Shown in pieces: positions 37,296-46,624 of a stretch of DNA of 49,196 nucleotides. Position numbers and translations under genes: made by a program. The notes below the pieces were generated by a model that worked only from the letters and a program-made list of their open reading frames with translations, did no database searches and had not been told where the DNA came from. This DNA is from Mariprofundaceae bacterium (GTDB lineage: Bacteria > Pseudomonadota > Zetaproteobacteria > Mariprofundales > Mariprofundaceae), in assembly GCA_015663235.1 (NCBI GenBank), contig DQSL01000126.1:1-49196 (forward strand), written 5' to 3'. The stretch's first letter is position 1; every line of letters starts with the position of its first letter.

Positions 37296-37990
37296 TGGCG
37301 ACATCGAGCAAACATATTCTCATTGTTGAAGATGATGCTTCGATTGCGCGATTAATAGATATTCATTTGCAAAGAGAAGGTTACCAAACCACATTGTGTG
37401 ATGATGGCTTGGATGCGCAAAAGTTACTAAAAGATAATCATTATGATGCTTTGGTACTGGATAGGATGATTCCAGGCAAACGTGGTTTAGATGTGCTTCG
37501 CTGGCTTAGAGGGCAGGAAAAGACATCATTATTGCCCGTATTGATGGTCACAGCTTTAACCATGACAGATGAACGCATCCGAGGCTTGAATGAGGGCGCG
37601 GACGACTATTTAGGCAAACCCTTTGAGCCCAATGAACTTGTGGCACGCGTGGCGGCATTGCTTCGTCGTTCGGTGAGTAAAGTGACGGAAAGTTTTGATA
37701 GTCATTGTATACAGTTGTGTGAAGAAAGTTTTGAAGTTCGGATTGAAGGGGAATTGCTCTCGCTGCGCCCTTTGGAGTTTAAACTCTTACAAGTTTTAAT
37801 GAATAAACCCAGCCGCGTATTTTCGCGTGAGCAATTATTGGATTTGGTTTGGGGCATAGACTCCTTTGTAGAAGAGCGCACGGTGGATGCCACGGTGAAA
37901 CGTCTGCGAAAAGACCTTGCAGCTTTTGGGCAAGGTGAATGCGTGCAAACAGTGCGTGGCATGGGTTATAGGTTTCAAGAGAAAGCATGA
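37295..37990 (+). CDS. phoB: Phosphate regulon response regulator (OmpR family)
   Basis: IVEDD, LDRMIPG, MVTA, GADDYLGKPF, FSREQLLDLVWG, ERTVD, TVRGMGY; pst context and Pho boxes. Confidence 0.92.
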   Translation: MATSSKHILIVEDDASIARLIDIHLQREGYQTTLCDDGLDAQKLLKDNHYDALVLDRMIPGKRGLDVLRWLRGQEKTSLLPVLMVTALTMTDERIRGLNEGADDYLGKPFEPNELVARVAALLRRSVSKVTESFDSHCIQLCEESFEVRIEGELLSLRPLEFKLLQVLMNKPSRVFSREQLLDLVWGIDSFVEERTVDATVKRLRKDLAAFGQGECVQTVRGMGYRFQEKA

Positions 37991-39150
37991 ATATGGATAT
38001 GTTGTGGCTTTTGACTTTGGTAGCCGCCCTTGTATTGTATTACCGCTTGCAAAAGGTCAAGCAACGCCTTGAAATGGAACAGCAAGACCATGCAAGGCTG
38101 CAACACAAGTATGAATCGCTGCAACGCACACTCAAAACAAGAGGGCAGCGTTTGGATGTGCTGCTTTCCAGTATTTCAGAAGTGGTGTTGCGGGTTGACC
38201 ATTTGGGGCGGGTGATGGGTGGTAATACACAAGCATCTGAGCTTTTTCACTTCTCTGATTCGCCGAATTTGCCGCAATCTATACTTGTTTTTTATAGAGA
38301 TAATGATTGGTTGAAAGCGTATCAACAGGCTTTAAAAGCGTTGCCTGAACATCAGGTATTGCCTGAAATGAAAGTAGATGGTCGCGTTTTTCTGCCAAGG
38401 TTGGCTGAGTTGAATAAACAAGAAGCTCTGTTGCTATGTATGGATGTGACCGCATATACGCAACTTCAGAAAAAGCAAAAATCGCTGCTCGAGAATTTGA
38501 TGCATGATTTGAAAACACCACTAACATCATTGCTGGGTTACGCGCGTAGTATTGAAGCATTTTCTGATGATGTTGAGCTGCGTCAAGAAGCGGTATCGGT
38601 GATTGCCCGCGAAGCCAAACATATTAATGCTTTGATGAATAGTATGCTCACATTGAATCAGATTGAACATCAGCAAACAAAGGTAGATGAATCATGTGAT
38701 GTCGTTGCTGTTGCCAAGCAAGTTTGGCAGTCACTCGAGTATGCGATGCAGCAGAAGCAGGTGTTGCTCAAAGGTTTTGATAGCAGCCAGTCTATGCGTG
38801 TAGCAATGTCGGAAGTGGACTGCCATCGGATATTGATGAATGTTGCAGATAATGCGGTGCGTTTCTCTCCCGTTGAAGGAAGCATTCATTTTAGTATTGA
38901 AGATACCGATAGTGTTGTGTGTATTAGGCTTCAAGACGAAGGGTGTGGTATTTCTGGTAAACATATTAACCGTGTTACCGAGCGATTTTACCGTGTGGAT
39001 GATGTGCGTGGCAGGAAAAAAGAGGAAGGGCATGGCTTGGGGTTAGCGATTGTTAAAGAAATCCTTGAGCGTGATGGTGGAAGTTTAAAATTAGATAGCA
39101 GTGAGAAAGTAGGGCTTTCGGTGAGCATTGAGCTGATGAAATCGAGTTAA
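37987..39150 (+). CDS. phoR: Phosphate regulon sensor histidine kinase
   Basis: N-terminal TM, PAS-like region, HDLKTPLT, NVADNA, DEGCGI, ERFYRVD, GHGLGLAIVK; ATGA overlap. Confidence 0.9.
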   Translation: MNMDMLWLLTLVAALVLYYRLQKVKQRLEMEQQDHARLQHKYESLQRTLKTRGQRLDVLLSSISEVVLRVDHLGRVMGGNTQASELFHFSDSPNLPQSILVFYRDNDWLKAYQQALKALPEHQVLPEMKVDGRVFLPRLAELNKQEALLLCMDVTAYTQLQKKQKSLLENLMHDLKTPLTSLLGYARSIEAFSDDVELRQEAVSVIAREAKHINALMNSMLTLNQIEHQQTKVDESCDVVAVAKQVWQSLEYAMQQKQVLLKGFDSSQSMRVAMSEVDCHRILMNVADNAVRFSPVEGSIHFSIEDTDSVVCIRLQDEGCGISGKHINRVTERFYRVDDVRGRKKEEGHGLGLAIVKEILERDGGSLKLDSSEKVGLSVSIELMKSS

Positions 39151-39248
39151 AAAATGGTTAGGTAAAAGAATAGCCGCCTATTTGTGAGGAAGTGACAATT
39201 TTTACCACTTTCTAAGATGATGTGAGATATTGTTTTATCGGGGAAAAA

Positions 39249-39325
39249 TGGTCGGGACGGCAAGATTTGAACTTGCGACCACCACACCCCCAGTGTGGTG
39301 CGCTACCAGGCTGCGCTACGCCCCG
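39249..39325 (-). tRNA. tRNA-Pro(GGG)
   Basis: CGGGGCGTAGCGCAGCCTGGTAGCGCACCACACTGGGGGTGTGGTGGTCGCAAGTTCAAATCTTGCCGTCCCGACCA: 77-nt cloverleaf, anticodon GGG, encoded CCA. Confidence 0.97.
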
Positions 39326-39332
39326 ATGTGAT

Positions 39333-39728
39333 TTAAAAGTCTAACAGGTGTTTGATACTTTCGAGTTCTTCTCGGATTGTATGCAGGCTAACTGTAGTGT
39401 TATTATGTTTACTTTCAATAATTTCCGCGAGGTCACCGTTGGTGATTCGCTTTTTTGCACCACGAATGGTGAAGTTTAAATCGTAGAGTAAATGTTTAAT
39501 TTGTAAAGCTGTGTAAACGTCTCTGTGCCTATAAAAGCGACGGTTACCACTTTTTTTGACGGGTTTTAGTTGCTTGAATTCTGTTTCCCAATAACGAAGA
39601 ACATGCGGTTCTATTTCGCATAGGTCGCTGACTTCACGAATAGAAAAAAAAAGCTTATCGGGCAGTGTAGGGACTTGAACACCTGAATTTTTAAGGTTTT
39701 TAAGTTGTACGTTACTTTGATTGCTCAT
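39333..39728 (-). CDS. MerR-family HTH regulator (ihfA-associated type)
   Basis: [35 protein letters not shown]; conserved ihfA-merR-tRNA-Pro order. Confidence 0.92.
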   Translation of the reverse strand: MSNQSNVQLKNLKNSGVQVPTLPDKLFFSIREVSDLCEIEPHVLRYWETEFKQLKPVKKSGNRRFYRHRDVYTALQIKHLLYDLNFTIRGAKKRITNGDLAEIIESKHNNTTVSLHTIREELESIKHLLDF

Positions 39729-39743
39729 GAATCAGAAAAGGAC

Positions 39744-40022
39744 TTAATCTTCTTGAAGCTGGTTTTTAACAAGTTGGCTGGCTCGAAATGTAACAACTTT
39801 TCTTGATTTAATGGTGATACTTTCACCTGTTTTGGGATTGCGACCACGCCTGGCATTTTTCTCGCGGACACTAAAGTGACCAAAGCCAGATATTTTAACG
39901 TCTTCGCCTTTTGCAAGTACACCTTTGATTTCTTCGAGGAGAACTTCAACGATCTCTGCGGACTCTTTTTTCGATAGCCCGACACGGTCGCATATGATTG
40001 TTGCTATTTCAGCTTTGGTCAT
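39744..40022 (-). CDS. ihfA: Integration host factor alpha subunit
   Basis: MTKAEI, VKISGFG, RRGRNPKTGE, VVTFRASQ; GAGG SD. Confidence 0.95.
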   Translation of the reverse strand: MTKAEIATIICDRVGLSKKESAEIVEVLLEEIKGVLAKGEDVKISGFGHFSVREKNARRGRNPKTGESITIKSRKVVTFRASQLVKNQLQED

Positions 40023-40088
40023 ATCTGCCTCAGTAAAATTGAAAGTAAATTCCGCTTTAAGTGTTCTAAACTCGAAACAGTATTAGCA

Positions 40089-40116
40089 AATGTATGAGAA
40101 GTGTTTGTTTTGTCAA
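40089..40116 (-). promoter_or_regulatory. Putative sigma70 promoter of ihfA (TTGACA-N16-TACATT)
   Basis: Perfect -35 at 40116-40111; -10-like at 40094-40089. Confidence 0.55.
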
Positions 40117-40122
40117 GTTTTT

Positions 40123-40797
40123 TTAAGATACTTGTTTTGAGAGTTGGTGTTGAGATAGCTTGTAAACATGGTCGCAACTCTCTGCAAAAGCTTGGCTATG
40201 CGTTACCATAATAACAGCAACACCTTCTGATTTGCATAATTGAAGTATCATATCAAAAACGGTTGTCGCCGTAGACTCATCCAAGTTTCCAGTGGGTTCA
40301 TCAGCAAGTATAAGTGTTGGTTTTGTTATGATAGCCCTAGCAACAGCCACACGTTGCGCTTCTCCACCTGATAGGTGTGCGGGTATGTGAGTGGCGCGTT
40401 TTTCAAGTTTAAGTTGTTGCAATAAGGTAAGTGCTTTTTCTTGCGCATATTTTTTTGACTTACCCTGAATGAGCAAGGGGAGCATAACATTTTCAAGTGC
40501 AGTGAGTTCAGGTATCAAATGATGGGCTTGGTAAATAAAACCAATATGTTGGTTGCGAAGCGTCGCCAGTTTGTTTTCAGGTAGATTGTGAATTGCAATA
40601 TCATTTAAGAATATTTCACCTGAATCGGCATAGTCTAGCGTGCCTAGTAATTGTAGTAGTGTGCTTTTTCCAGAGCCCGATTCACCAACGATTGCGATAA
40701 AGCTAGCTTTATCGACTTCGAGGTTCACAGACTTCAATATTTCAAGGTTACCTTGTGGTGTCGTATAAGACTTACACAGGTTGGTTACACATAGCAT
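40123..40797 (-). CDS. lolD: Lipoprotein-releasing ABC transporter ATP-binding subunit
   Basis: GESGSGKSTLL, LRNQHIGFIYQAHHLIPELTALENV (LolD motif), LSGGEAQRVA, ADEPTGNLD. Confidence 0.9.
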   Translation of the reverse strand: MLCVTNLCKSYTTPQGNLEILKSVNLEVDKASFIAIVGESGSGKSTLLQLLGTLDYADSGEIFLNDIAIHNLPENKLATLRNQHIGFIYQAHHLIPELTALENVMLPLLIQGKSKKYAQEKALTLLQQLKLEKRATHIPAHLSGGEAQRVAVARAIITKPTLILADEPTGNLDESTATTVFDMILQLCKSEGVAVIMVTHSQAFAESCDHVYKLSQHQLSKQVS

Positions 40798-40806
40798 TAT
40801 TAGAAA

Positions 40807-41991
40807 CTACGCATTCATTTTTTTGATTGTGCTTTTCACACGTTGTTTGAGGTATGCCTCTACAACTTGTTTGACGGTTGGGTATGTTTTGGCAATGTCC
40901 AAAAATTTATCCCCTGTTAAAACCATAAGCTCAACTGCGCCTACTGCGGTCACGGTTGCAGTGCGTGGCATTTTGGTCAACATGGAAACCTCACCGAAAA
41001 ATGAACCTTCGCTTAGTGTACCAAGTATGATGTTTTTAGATGTATCTTTTTTATTGATTGTGGAAATTTTCACTCTTCCTGAGCGAATAAGAAAGAATGT
41101 ATCTTCCACATCACCTTCTTTAATGATTGTGTCGTTAGCTTTAAAGAATGAAAAGCTGAACTTTTGCGCCAAAGGAATACGAGCCTCGGAAGGTATTTTT
41201 TCAAAGACTGGTGTGATGGCTAATATTCGAGCTAAAACACGTTGACGGTAAAAATCTTCAACAGTGTCATGGATGGATGGGTATTTTTTAACCCACTCAT
41301 CAAAGTTTTTACGATTTAGTAATAAAACATTACCATCTGATTTTGCGATGGCTGAATCTACATGGTCTTTTTTGCTCATGAAAGCAAGCTCACCAAAGAA
41401 GTCACCTTCAGATAACTTTGAAAATATTTGTTTGTTACCGCGTGCGTTCTCTGTCTCTAAGTGTACTTCACCCATACCAATAATATATAGTATGTCGCCA
41501 ACATCACCTTTGTTGTAAATGGCATCACCTTCAGAAAACTCTTGCAGTTCTAAAGACTCAATAAAGTCATCCAACTCTTGACCTGAAAGCCCTGAAAGCA
41601 ATGGGATGCGACTGGATTTTGATTTACTGGTTTGGGCAATATCGCTTGAGATAATAGTGCTTAAAGCCCAGTCTTCTCCGCGCTCAGAAGATAAGTGGCG
41701 CAAGCGTTGTTTAATTTCTGTTTGTTCAGGGTCAAGGCGAAGGATAAGTTTGTTGATAGCGATGGCTTGAACTACAAAACCTTCATCAGCATATTGTTTA
41801 GCAATTTTAGTGTAATCTCGAACAGCACCACCCAAGTCGCCAGTTTTTTCTTTCATTTCAGCAAGTTTGGTAAACATGCGTAAATCAGAAGGTTCTTCTT
41901 TATGAATTTCAGCATAGAAATTTAAAGCCGCCTCATATTTGCCAGCCATGATTGCCTTTCTTGCTTTGGTTTTCAGAGCAGCTAAAGACAT
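40807..41991 (-). CDS. TPR-like N-terminus plus two cyclic-nucleotide-binding domains
   Basis: Helical repeats (GKYEAALNFY, GDLGGAVRDY, LILRLDP); cNMP domains GDFFGELAF and GSFFGEVSMLTKMPRTAT. Confidence 0.88.
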   Translation of the reverse strand: MSLAALKTKARKAIMAGKYEAALNFYAEIHKEEPSDLRMFTKLAEMKEKTGDLGGAVRDYTKIAKQYADEGFVVQAIAINKLILRLDPEQTEIKQRLRHLSSERGEDWALSTIISSDIAQTSKSKSSRIPLLSGLSGQELDDFIESLELQEFSEGDAIYNKGDVGDILYIIGMGEVHLETENARGNKQIFSKLSEGDFFGELAFMSKKDHVDSAIAKSDGNVLLLNRKNFDEWVKKYPSIHDTVEDFYRQRVLARILAITPVFEKIPSEARIPLAQKFSFSFFKANDTIIKEGDVEDTFFLIRSGRVKISTINKKDTSKNIILGTLSEGSFFGEVSMLTKMPRTATVTAVGAVELMVLTGDKFLDIAKTYPTVKQVVEAYLKQRVKSTIKKMNA

Positions 41992-42006
41992 TTTTTTCCT
42001 CCCATA

Positions 42007-43254
42007 TCATTCATAGCGCAAAGCCTCAGCAGGCGGTATTTGTGCAGCTCGCCAAGCTGGATAAAGCGTTGCTAAAATGCCCATACATAAACTTGCAACT
42101 GCCACCATCATCACAGAACCAGTATCCAAAATGGCAGGTACATGGTCAATATAATACACATCACCTGACAAAAATGTAGTATGGCTGACTTTTTCAATCC
42201 ACGCAATGATTGCTTCTAAGTTCAGCGAAAGAACTACGCCAGCCAGCAAACCTGTGAGAGTGCCGATGCTACTTAGTATGATGCCCATCAATAAAAAGAT
42301 GCGAATGATTGAAGCGTGAGAAGCACCAATTGTTTTCAAGATCGCTACTTCTTTTCGCTTTTCCATGACCACCATCACCAAGGATGAAACCATATTGAAT
42401 ATGGCAACAACGATGATAAGGAAAAGAATAATACCCATGGCAGTTCGTTCCATTTTCAAGGCTTGGAAAAAGGACTTGTGTCGTTGCTGCCAACTGGTGA
42501 CCCATGCGCTCGGTGGCAAGTTCGTGCGAGCTATATTTGCAACTTGTGTTGCTTGATCTCGGTTTGTTAGATGAAGTTCAATGCCTGTAATTTCATTGCC
42601 CAAGCGACTAAGGCGCTGAACTGCCTGCATGGAAGTGAGAATAAGCCCTACATCATACTCATAAAAACCTGAATCGAATATACCCACCACTTTAAATGCT
42701 CGCATACGTGGTGATGCACCCATAGGGCTAATGCCTGATGAAGGAGATAGAAGCCGAATGTTGTCGCCAACGCTTACGGATAGTTTATGCGCTAAGTCTT
42801 TGCCGATGACTGCTTCAAAGAGGTGTTTGTTGACGATAGGTTGCTTTAGAAAGCTTCCTTTGGTGATAAATGCAGCGATAGTTATGTCATGTTGAATATC
42901 GATACCTTTAAGAATTGCACCTGTTGAACGATGCCTGTGGTTCGCCAGCGTTTGTGTTGAAATATAAGGCAAAGCTTGTTCGACATGAGGTAGCTTCTTC
43001 GCAATGTCTAACCAGTCATTCCAGTTGGCAAAGGTGTCGCCAGACCCTTGGATTTCAACATGTGATGAAAAACCAAGGATTTTATCACGAATTTCAGTAG
43101 CAACACCATTCATCACTGACATAACTACAATCAATGTCATCACACCAATTGCCATGCCGACTGCTGAACTCCAGCCCACCAAGGATGCGAACCGCTCACC
43201 ACGTTGTGAGCGTAGGTAGCGCAAGGCAAGAAGAAGCTCAAAGCGTTGAATCAA
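42007..43254 (-). CDS. Lipoprotein-releasing ABC transporter permease (LolC/E family)
   Basis: ALRYLR, VMSVMNG, GIFDSGFYEYD, AIFNMVSSLVMVVMEK, YYIDHVP, TLYPAWRAA...AEALRYE; TTG start. Confidence 0.95.
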   Translation of the reverse strand: MIQRFELLLALRYLRSQRGERFASLVGWSSAVGMAIGVMTLIVVMSVMNGVATEIRDKILGFSSHVEIQGSGDTFANWNDWLDIAKKLPHVEQALPYISTQTLANHRHRSTGAILKGIDIQHDITIAAFITKGSFLKQPIVNKHLFEAVIGKDLAHKLSVSVGDNIRLLSPSSGISPMGASPRMRAFKVVGIFDSGFYEYDVGLILTSMQAVQRLSRLGNEITGIELHLTNRDQATQVANIARTNLPPSAWVTSWQQRHKSFFQALKMERTAMGIILFLIIVVAIFNMVSSLVMVVMEKRKEVAILKTIGASHASIIRIFLLMGIILSSIGTLTGLLAGVVLSLNLEAIIAWIEKVSHTTFLSGDVYYIDHVPAILDTGSVMMVAVASLCMGILATLYPAWRAAQIPPAEALRYE

Positions 43255-43258
43255 GGTA

Positions 43259-44608
43259 TTAGCTCAAGTAGCGCCAGTATAAGTATATATGTGATATTGC
43301 GATGCTCATAATCATCAATAAAAATGCATGTTTCATGAACTCAAGGAATAAAATCGGATGACCAGCACGTTGGGCAAAACCGGCAACGATAAGGTTGGCG
43401 GATGCGCCAATCAATGAGCCATTGCCACCCAAACATGCACCCAATGCCAACGCCCACCAAATCGGTTCAATGGCTTCTGCGCCACCAAATGAAGGTGCCA
43501 TGCTTTGGACCAACGGAATCATGGTAGCAACAAAAGGAATGTTATCTATTAAGGCTGAAGCGATGGCAGAAACCCAAAGCACTGCGCCAACGGTTGCGTT
43601 AAAATCACCATCGGTAAGTTCGAGAACTTTATCCCCTAACATGCTAATCACACCCGTATGCTCAACACCTGTGACGATGATAAATAGACCGACAAAGAAG
43701 AAAATGGTTGTCCATTCCACATCAGCCAAAATTTCTTCATAAGCATGGTCTTTATCGTGTACAGGTTGCCCATAAGTTTGCAAAAGGAGTAGGGCTGCTG
43801 CACCAAACATGGCAATGGTTGCAGGTTCTAAGTGGTAAGTGTGGGCGACGGAAAATCCAGCAATCACTGCAAACAGAACGAAGAGGCACTTTTTAAGCAG
43901 TGGGATGTCTTTCAATGCTTCATTTTCATCAAATTTCATGATGAGGTCGCGCTTTTCTTGGGTGGCTGTTAAGTCGCGTCCAAACATAAGCCAAACCATA
44001 CCCAATGTGAGTACAAAGATAAGTGGGGTGATGGGTGCGAGATTGACGATGAAGTCCATGAAACTAAGGTTTGCCGCAGAGCCAATCATGATGTTGGGTG
44101 GGTCACCAATAAGTGTTGACGCGCCACCAATATTGGAGGCAAAAATTTGTGCAAATAAATAAGGGTAGGGGCGCACACCCAAAGCATCCGTAATCAATAA
44201 GGTGACAGGTGCAATGAGAAGTACCGTGGTGACATTGTCTAAAAATGCAGAAAATACAGCGGTTACAATAGAAAGCATGACCAAAATGCCCCAAGGGCTA
44301 CCTTTGACAGCCTTGGCAGCTTTGATGGCTACATATTGAAACATGCCCGTTTTTTGACTGATGGCGACAATCACCATCATACCTGTTAACAAACCAATGG
44401 TGTTAAAGTCGATGCCTGAAACAGCTTGCTGCTGGGTGATGACACCGCAAAGAATCATCAAGCCTGCGCCCAATAGTGCTAAAACAGCACGGTTAAACTT
44501 CTCCGCCATAATTACGCCATAAACAACCAATAATATGGTTACTGCCACCCAAGTTGGGTCTAAGTCAAACATGACTGCAGCTTCGTGTGTGCTTGTATTA
44601 TGCATCAT
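43259..44608 (-). CDS. ArsB/NhaD-family (IT superfamily) permease (start 44608, 44605 or 44572)
   Basis: SAFLDNVTT, ASNIGGASTLIGDPPN, SALIDNIPF, GACLGGNGSLIGASAN; many TM helices. Confidence 0.9.
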   Translation of the reverse strand: MMHNTSTHEAAVMFDLDPTWVAVTILLVVYGVIMAEKFNRAVLALLGAGLMILCGVITQQQAVSGIDFNTIGLLTGMMVIVAISQKTGMFQYVAIKAAKAVKGSPWGILVMLSIVTAVFSAFLDNVTTVLLIAPVTLLITDALGVRPYPYLFAQIFASNIGGASTLIGDPPNIMIGSAANLSFMDFIVNLAPITPLIFVLTLGMVWLMFGRDLTATQEKRDLIMKFDENEALKDIPLLKKCLFVLFAVIAGFSVAHTYHLEPATIAMFGAAALLLLQTYGQPVHDKDHAYEEILADVEWTTIFFFVGLFIIVTGVEHTGVISMLGDKVLELTDGDFNATVGAVLWVSAIASALIDNIPFVATMIPLVQSMAPSFGGAEAIEPIWWALALGACLGGNGSLIGASANLIVAGFAQRAGHPILFLEFMKHAFLLMIMSIAISHIYLYWRYLS

Positions 44609-45068
44609 TACTCTCGCTGGTTTTTTGTTTTAGGAGATTTAAAATATCACCTGCAGAAATCACGCCAAGCAGTTTTTTATGGTCATCAGCCACAAGCGCA
44701 TACTCATGTTTACCATGGGATGAAATGGCAGCAGCCACAGACAAAAGCGAATCTTCTTTGTGGACAAGTAAAGGTGAAGAATCCATCATTTCATTGATGG
44801 GGCAGGTGATAACTTCTTTGAACTTACGGCGTAAAATACCTAAATCTGGCGCATAAGATATTAGACTCAGGTCGCCGTTATTTAGGTAGTCGGGTATAAT
44901 GTGCTGCATGATGGAAAATGTGGATAATATCCCAACGACATGCCCTTCTTGGTCAAGAACAGGTAACATACGCAAACTTTCTGCAGTCATTTTTTCATGC
45001 ACATCACCAGTCAATTCATGTTCTTGTGCCGTGATAACATTGGTAATCATAAACTTCTCAGCAAACAT
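44598..45068 (-). CDS. CBS-pair domain protein
   Basis: FMITNVIT, LPVLDQEGHVVGILS, LLGVISAGDIL; overlaps permease start. Confidence 0.88.
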   Translation of the reverse strand: MFAEKFMITNVITAQEHELTGDVHEKMTAESLRMLPVLDQEGHVVGILSTFSIMQHIIPDYLNNGDLSLISYAPDLGILRRKFKEVITCPINEMMDSSPLLVHKEDSLLSVAAAISSHGKHEYALVADDHKKLLGVISAGDILNLLKQKTSESNDA

Positions 45069-45088
45069 ATTGAACCTCTTTCTAACTT

Positions 45089-46618
45089 TTATTCAGGGCG
45101 CATGTGGGGGAACAGCAAGACATCACGAATAGAGTGTTGCCCAGTCAGCATCATCACCAACCTATCCACGCCAATGCCAACACCAGCGGCAGGAGGCATG
45201 CCAAATTCCAAGGCGCGCAAATAATCTTCATCAATACCTGTGGCCTCGGCATCACCAGCAGCTTTGGCTTGGGCTTGTGCAACAAACCTGCCGCGTTGAT
45301 CGTCAGGGTCATTGAGTTCGGAGAAACCATTGGCGATTTCGCGCCCAGCAACAAACAACTCAAACCTGTCGGTAACGGTTTCATCCTCATTGTTGCGTCT
45401 TGCCAGCGGCGACACATCCACGGGATAGTGGGTGATAAATGTAGGTTGCGTAATTTTTGGCTCAACCAACTCTTCAAATAAAGCCAAGAGATAATGACCA
45501 GCTTTCCAAGTAATTAAAGGTTTGAAGTCAGGCATAACTTGTAAACAAACAGTAGCAAGCAATGCTTTATCATTGGCATGACCGCGCAAATCAGGGCGGT
45601 GTTCAAATACAGACTCATCAAGACGAACACGTTTGAAAGCTTGGGTAAAGTCCAAGTCCACACCTTCCCAAGTGACTTGGTTGCGGGAGATGCCTTGGGC
45701 AACATCACGAATCAAGGTTTCGGTGGTGTTCATAGCATCATTAAAATCAGCATAGGCTTGGTAGAATTCAACCATCGTGAACTCAGGATTATGTGTTGCA
45801 TCAAGCCCTTCGTTGCGGAAGTTGCGATTGATTTCAAACACGCGCTCAAAACCACCAACCAGCAGACGTTTCAAATACAATTCAGGTGCAATACGCAGCG
45901 ATAACGCCATGTTTAAGGCATTGTGGTGGGTGATAAAAGGTTTTGCCGCAGCACCACCAGCTTGGGTTTGCAGCATGGGTGTTTCCACTTCCATAAAGTC
46001 TTGAGACTCCAAGCCTTGACGCAACAACGACACTATTTTTGAGCGCGTACGGAAAGTATCTCGTGATTCAGGGGTGACGATTAAATCTACATAACGTTGA
46101 CGATAACGGGTTTCAATATCACTCAAACCTTGCATTTTATCAGGTAAAGGACGCAAGCATTTAGTTACTATTTCTACATGCGATACTTTAACCGAAAGCT
46201 CACCTGTTTTAGTGAAAAACAATGTGCCTTTTGCACCAACAATGTCACCCAAGTCCCATTTTTTGGTGGGATTGTAAACCTCTGCACCACCCAAAGCATC
46301 ACGATTAAGAAAGAGTTGAATATCACTGTCTTTATCTTGAATTTTGACAAAGCTCGATTTGCCCATCACACGATGTGCCATCACGCGACCAGCCACACAG
46401 ACTTCAATAGCTTGTTCAGCCAATGTTTCTTTTTCTACATCATCATATTGCGTATGTAGTGCGGCTAAAGATGCGTTGCTGCGCCAAGTGTTAGCATAGG
46501 CATTGCCCAACTCACGCATCGCAGCCAGCTTCTCACGGCGAACGCGTGTTTGTTCGGGTAACTTATCTTTAAGGTTTGTTTTTTGGGTTTCTTCTGGTGC
46601 AGAAGTTTTTTCAGTCAT
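45089..46618 (-). CDS. lysS: Lysine--tRNA ligase (class II)
   Basis: AGRV...MGK, YRQRYVDL, EVETPML, LRIAPELYLKRL, FRNEG, HNPEFT, GMPPAAGVGIGVDRL. Confidence 0.98.
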   Translation of the reverse strand: MTEKTSAPEETQKTNLKDKLPEQTRVRREKLAAMRELGNAYANTWRSNASLAALHTQYDDVEKETLAEQAIEVCVAGRVMAHRVMGKSSFVKIQDKDSDIQLFLNRDALGGAEVYNPTKKWDLGDIVGAKGTLFFTKTGELSVKVSHVEIVTKCLRPLPDKMQGLSDIETRYRQRYVDLIVTPESRDTFRTRSKIVSLLRQGLESQDFMEVETPMLQTQAGGAAAKPFITHHNALNMALSLRIAPELYLKRLLVGGFERVFEINRNFRNEGLDATHNPEFTMVEFYQAYADFNDAMNTTETLIRDVAQGISRNQVTWEGVDLDFTQAFKRVRLDESVFEHRPDLRGHANDKALLATVCLQVMPDFKPLITWKAGHYLLALFEELVEPKITQPTFITHYPVDVSPLARRNNEDETVTDRFELFVAGREIANGFSELNDPDDQRGRFVAQAQAKAAGDAEATGIDEDYLRALEFGMPPAAGVGIGVDRLVMMLTGQHSIRDVLLFPHMRPE

Positions 46619-46624
46619 TGAAAA

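Noticed and set aside
28362-39325. Pho cluster as a genomic island integrated at tRNA-Pro
   Set aside because: No integrase and no duplicate of the tRNA 3' end found by eye; composition not obviously different
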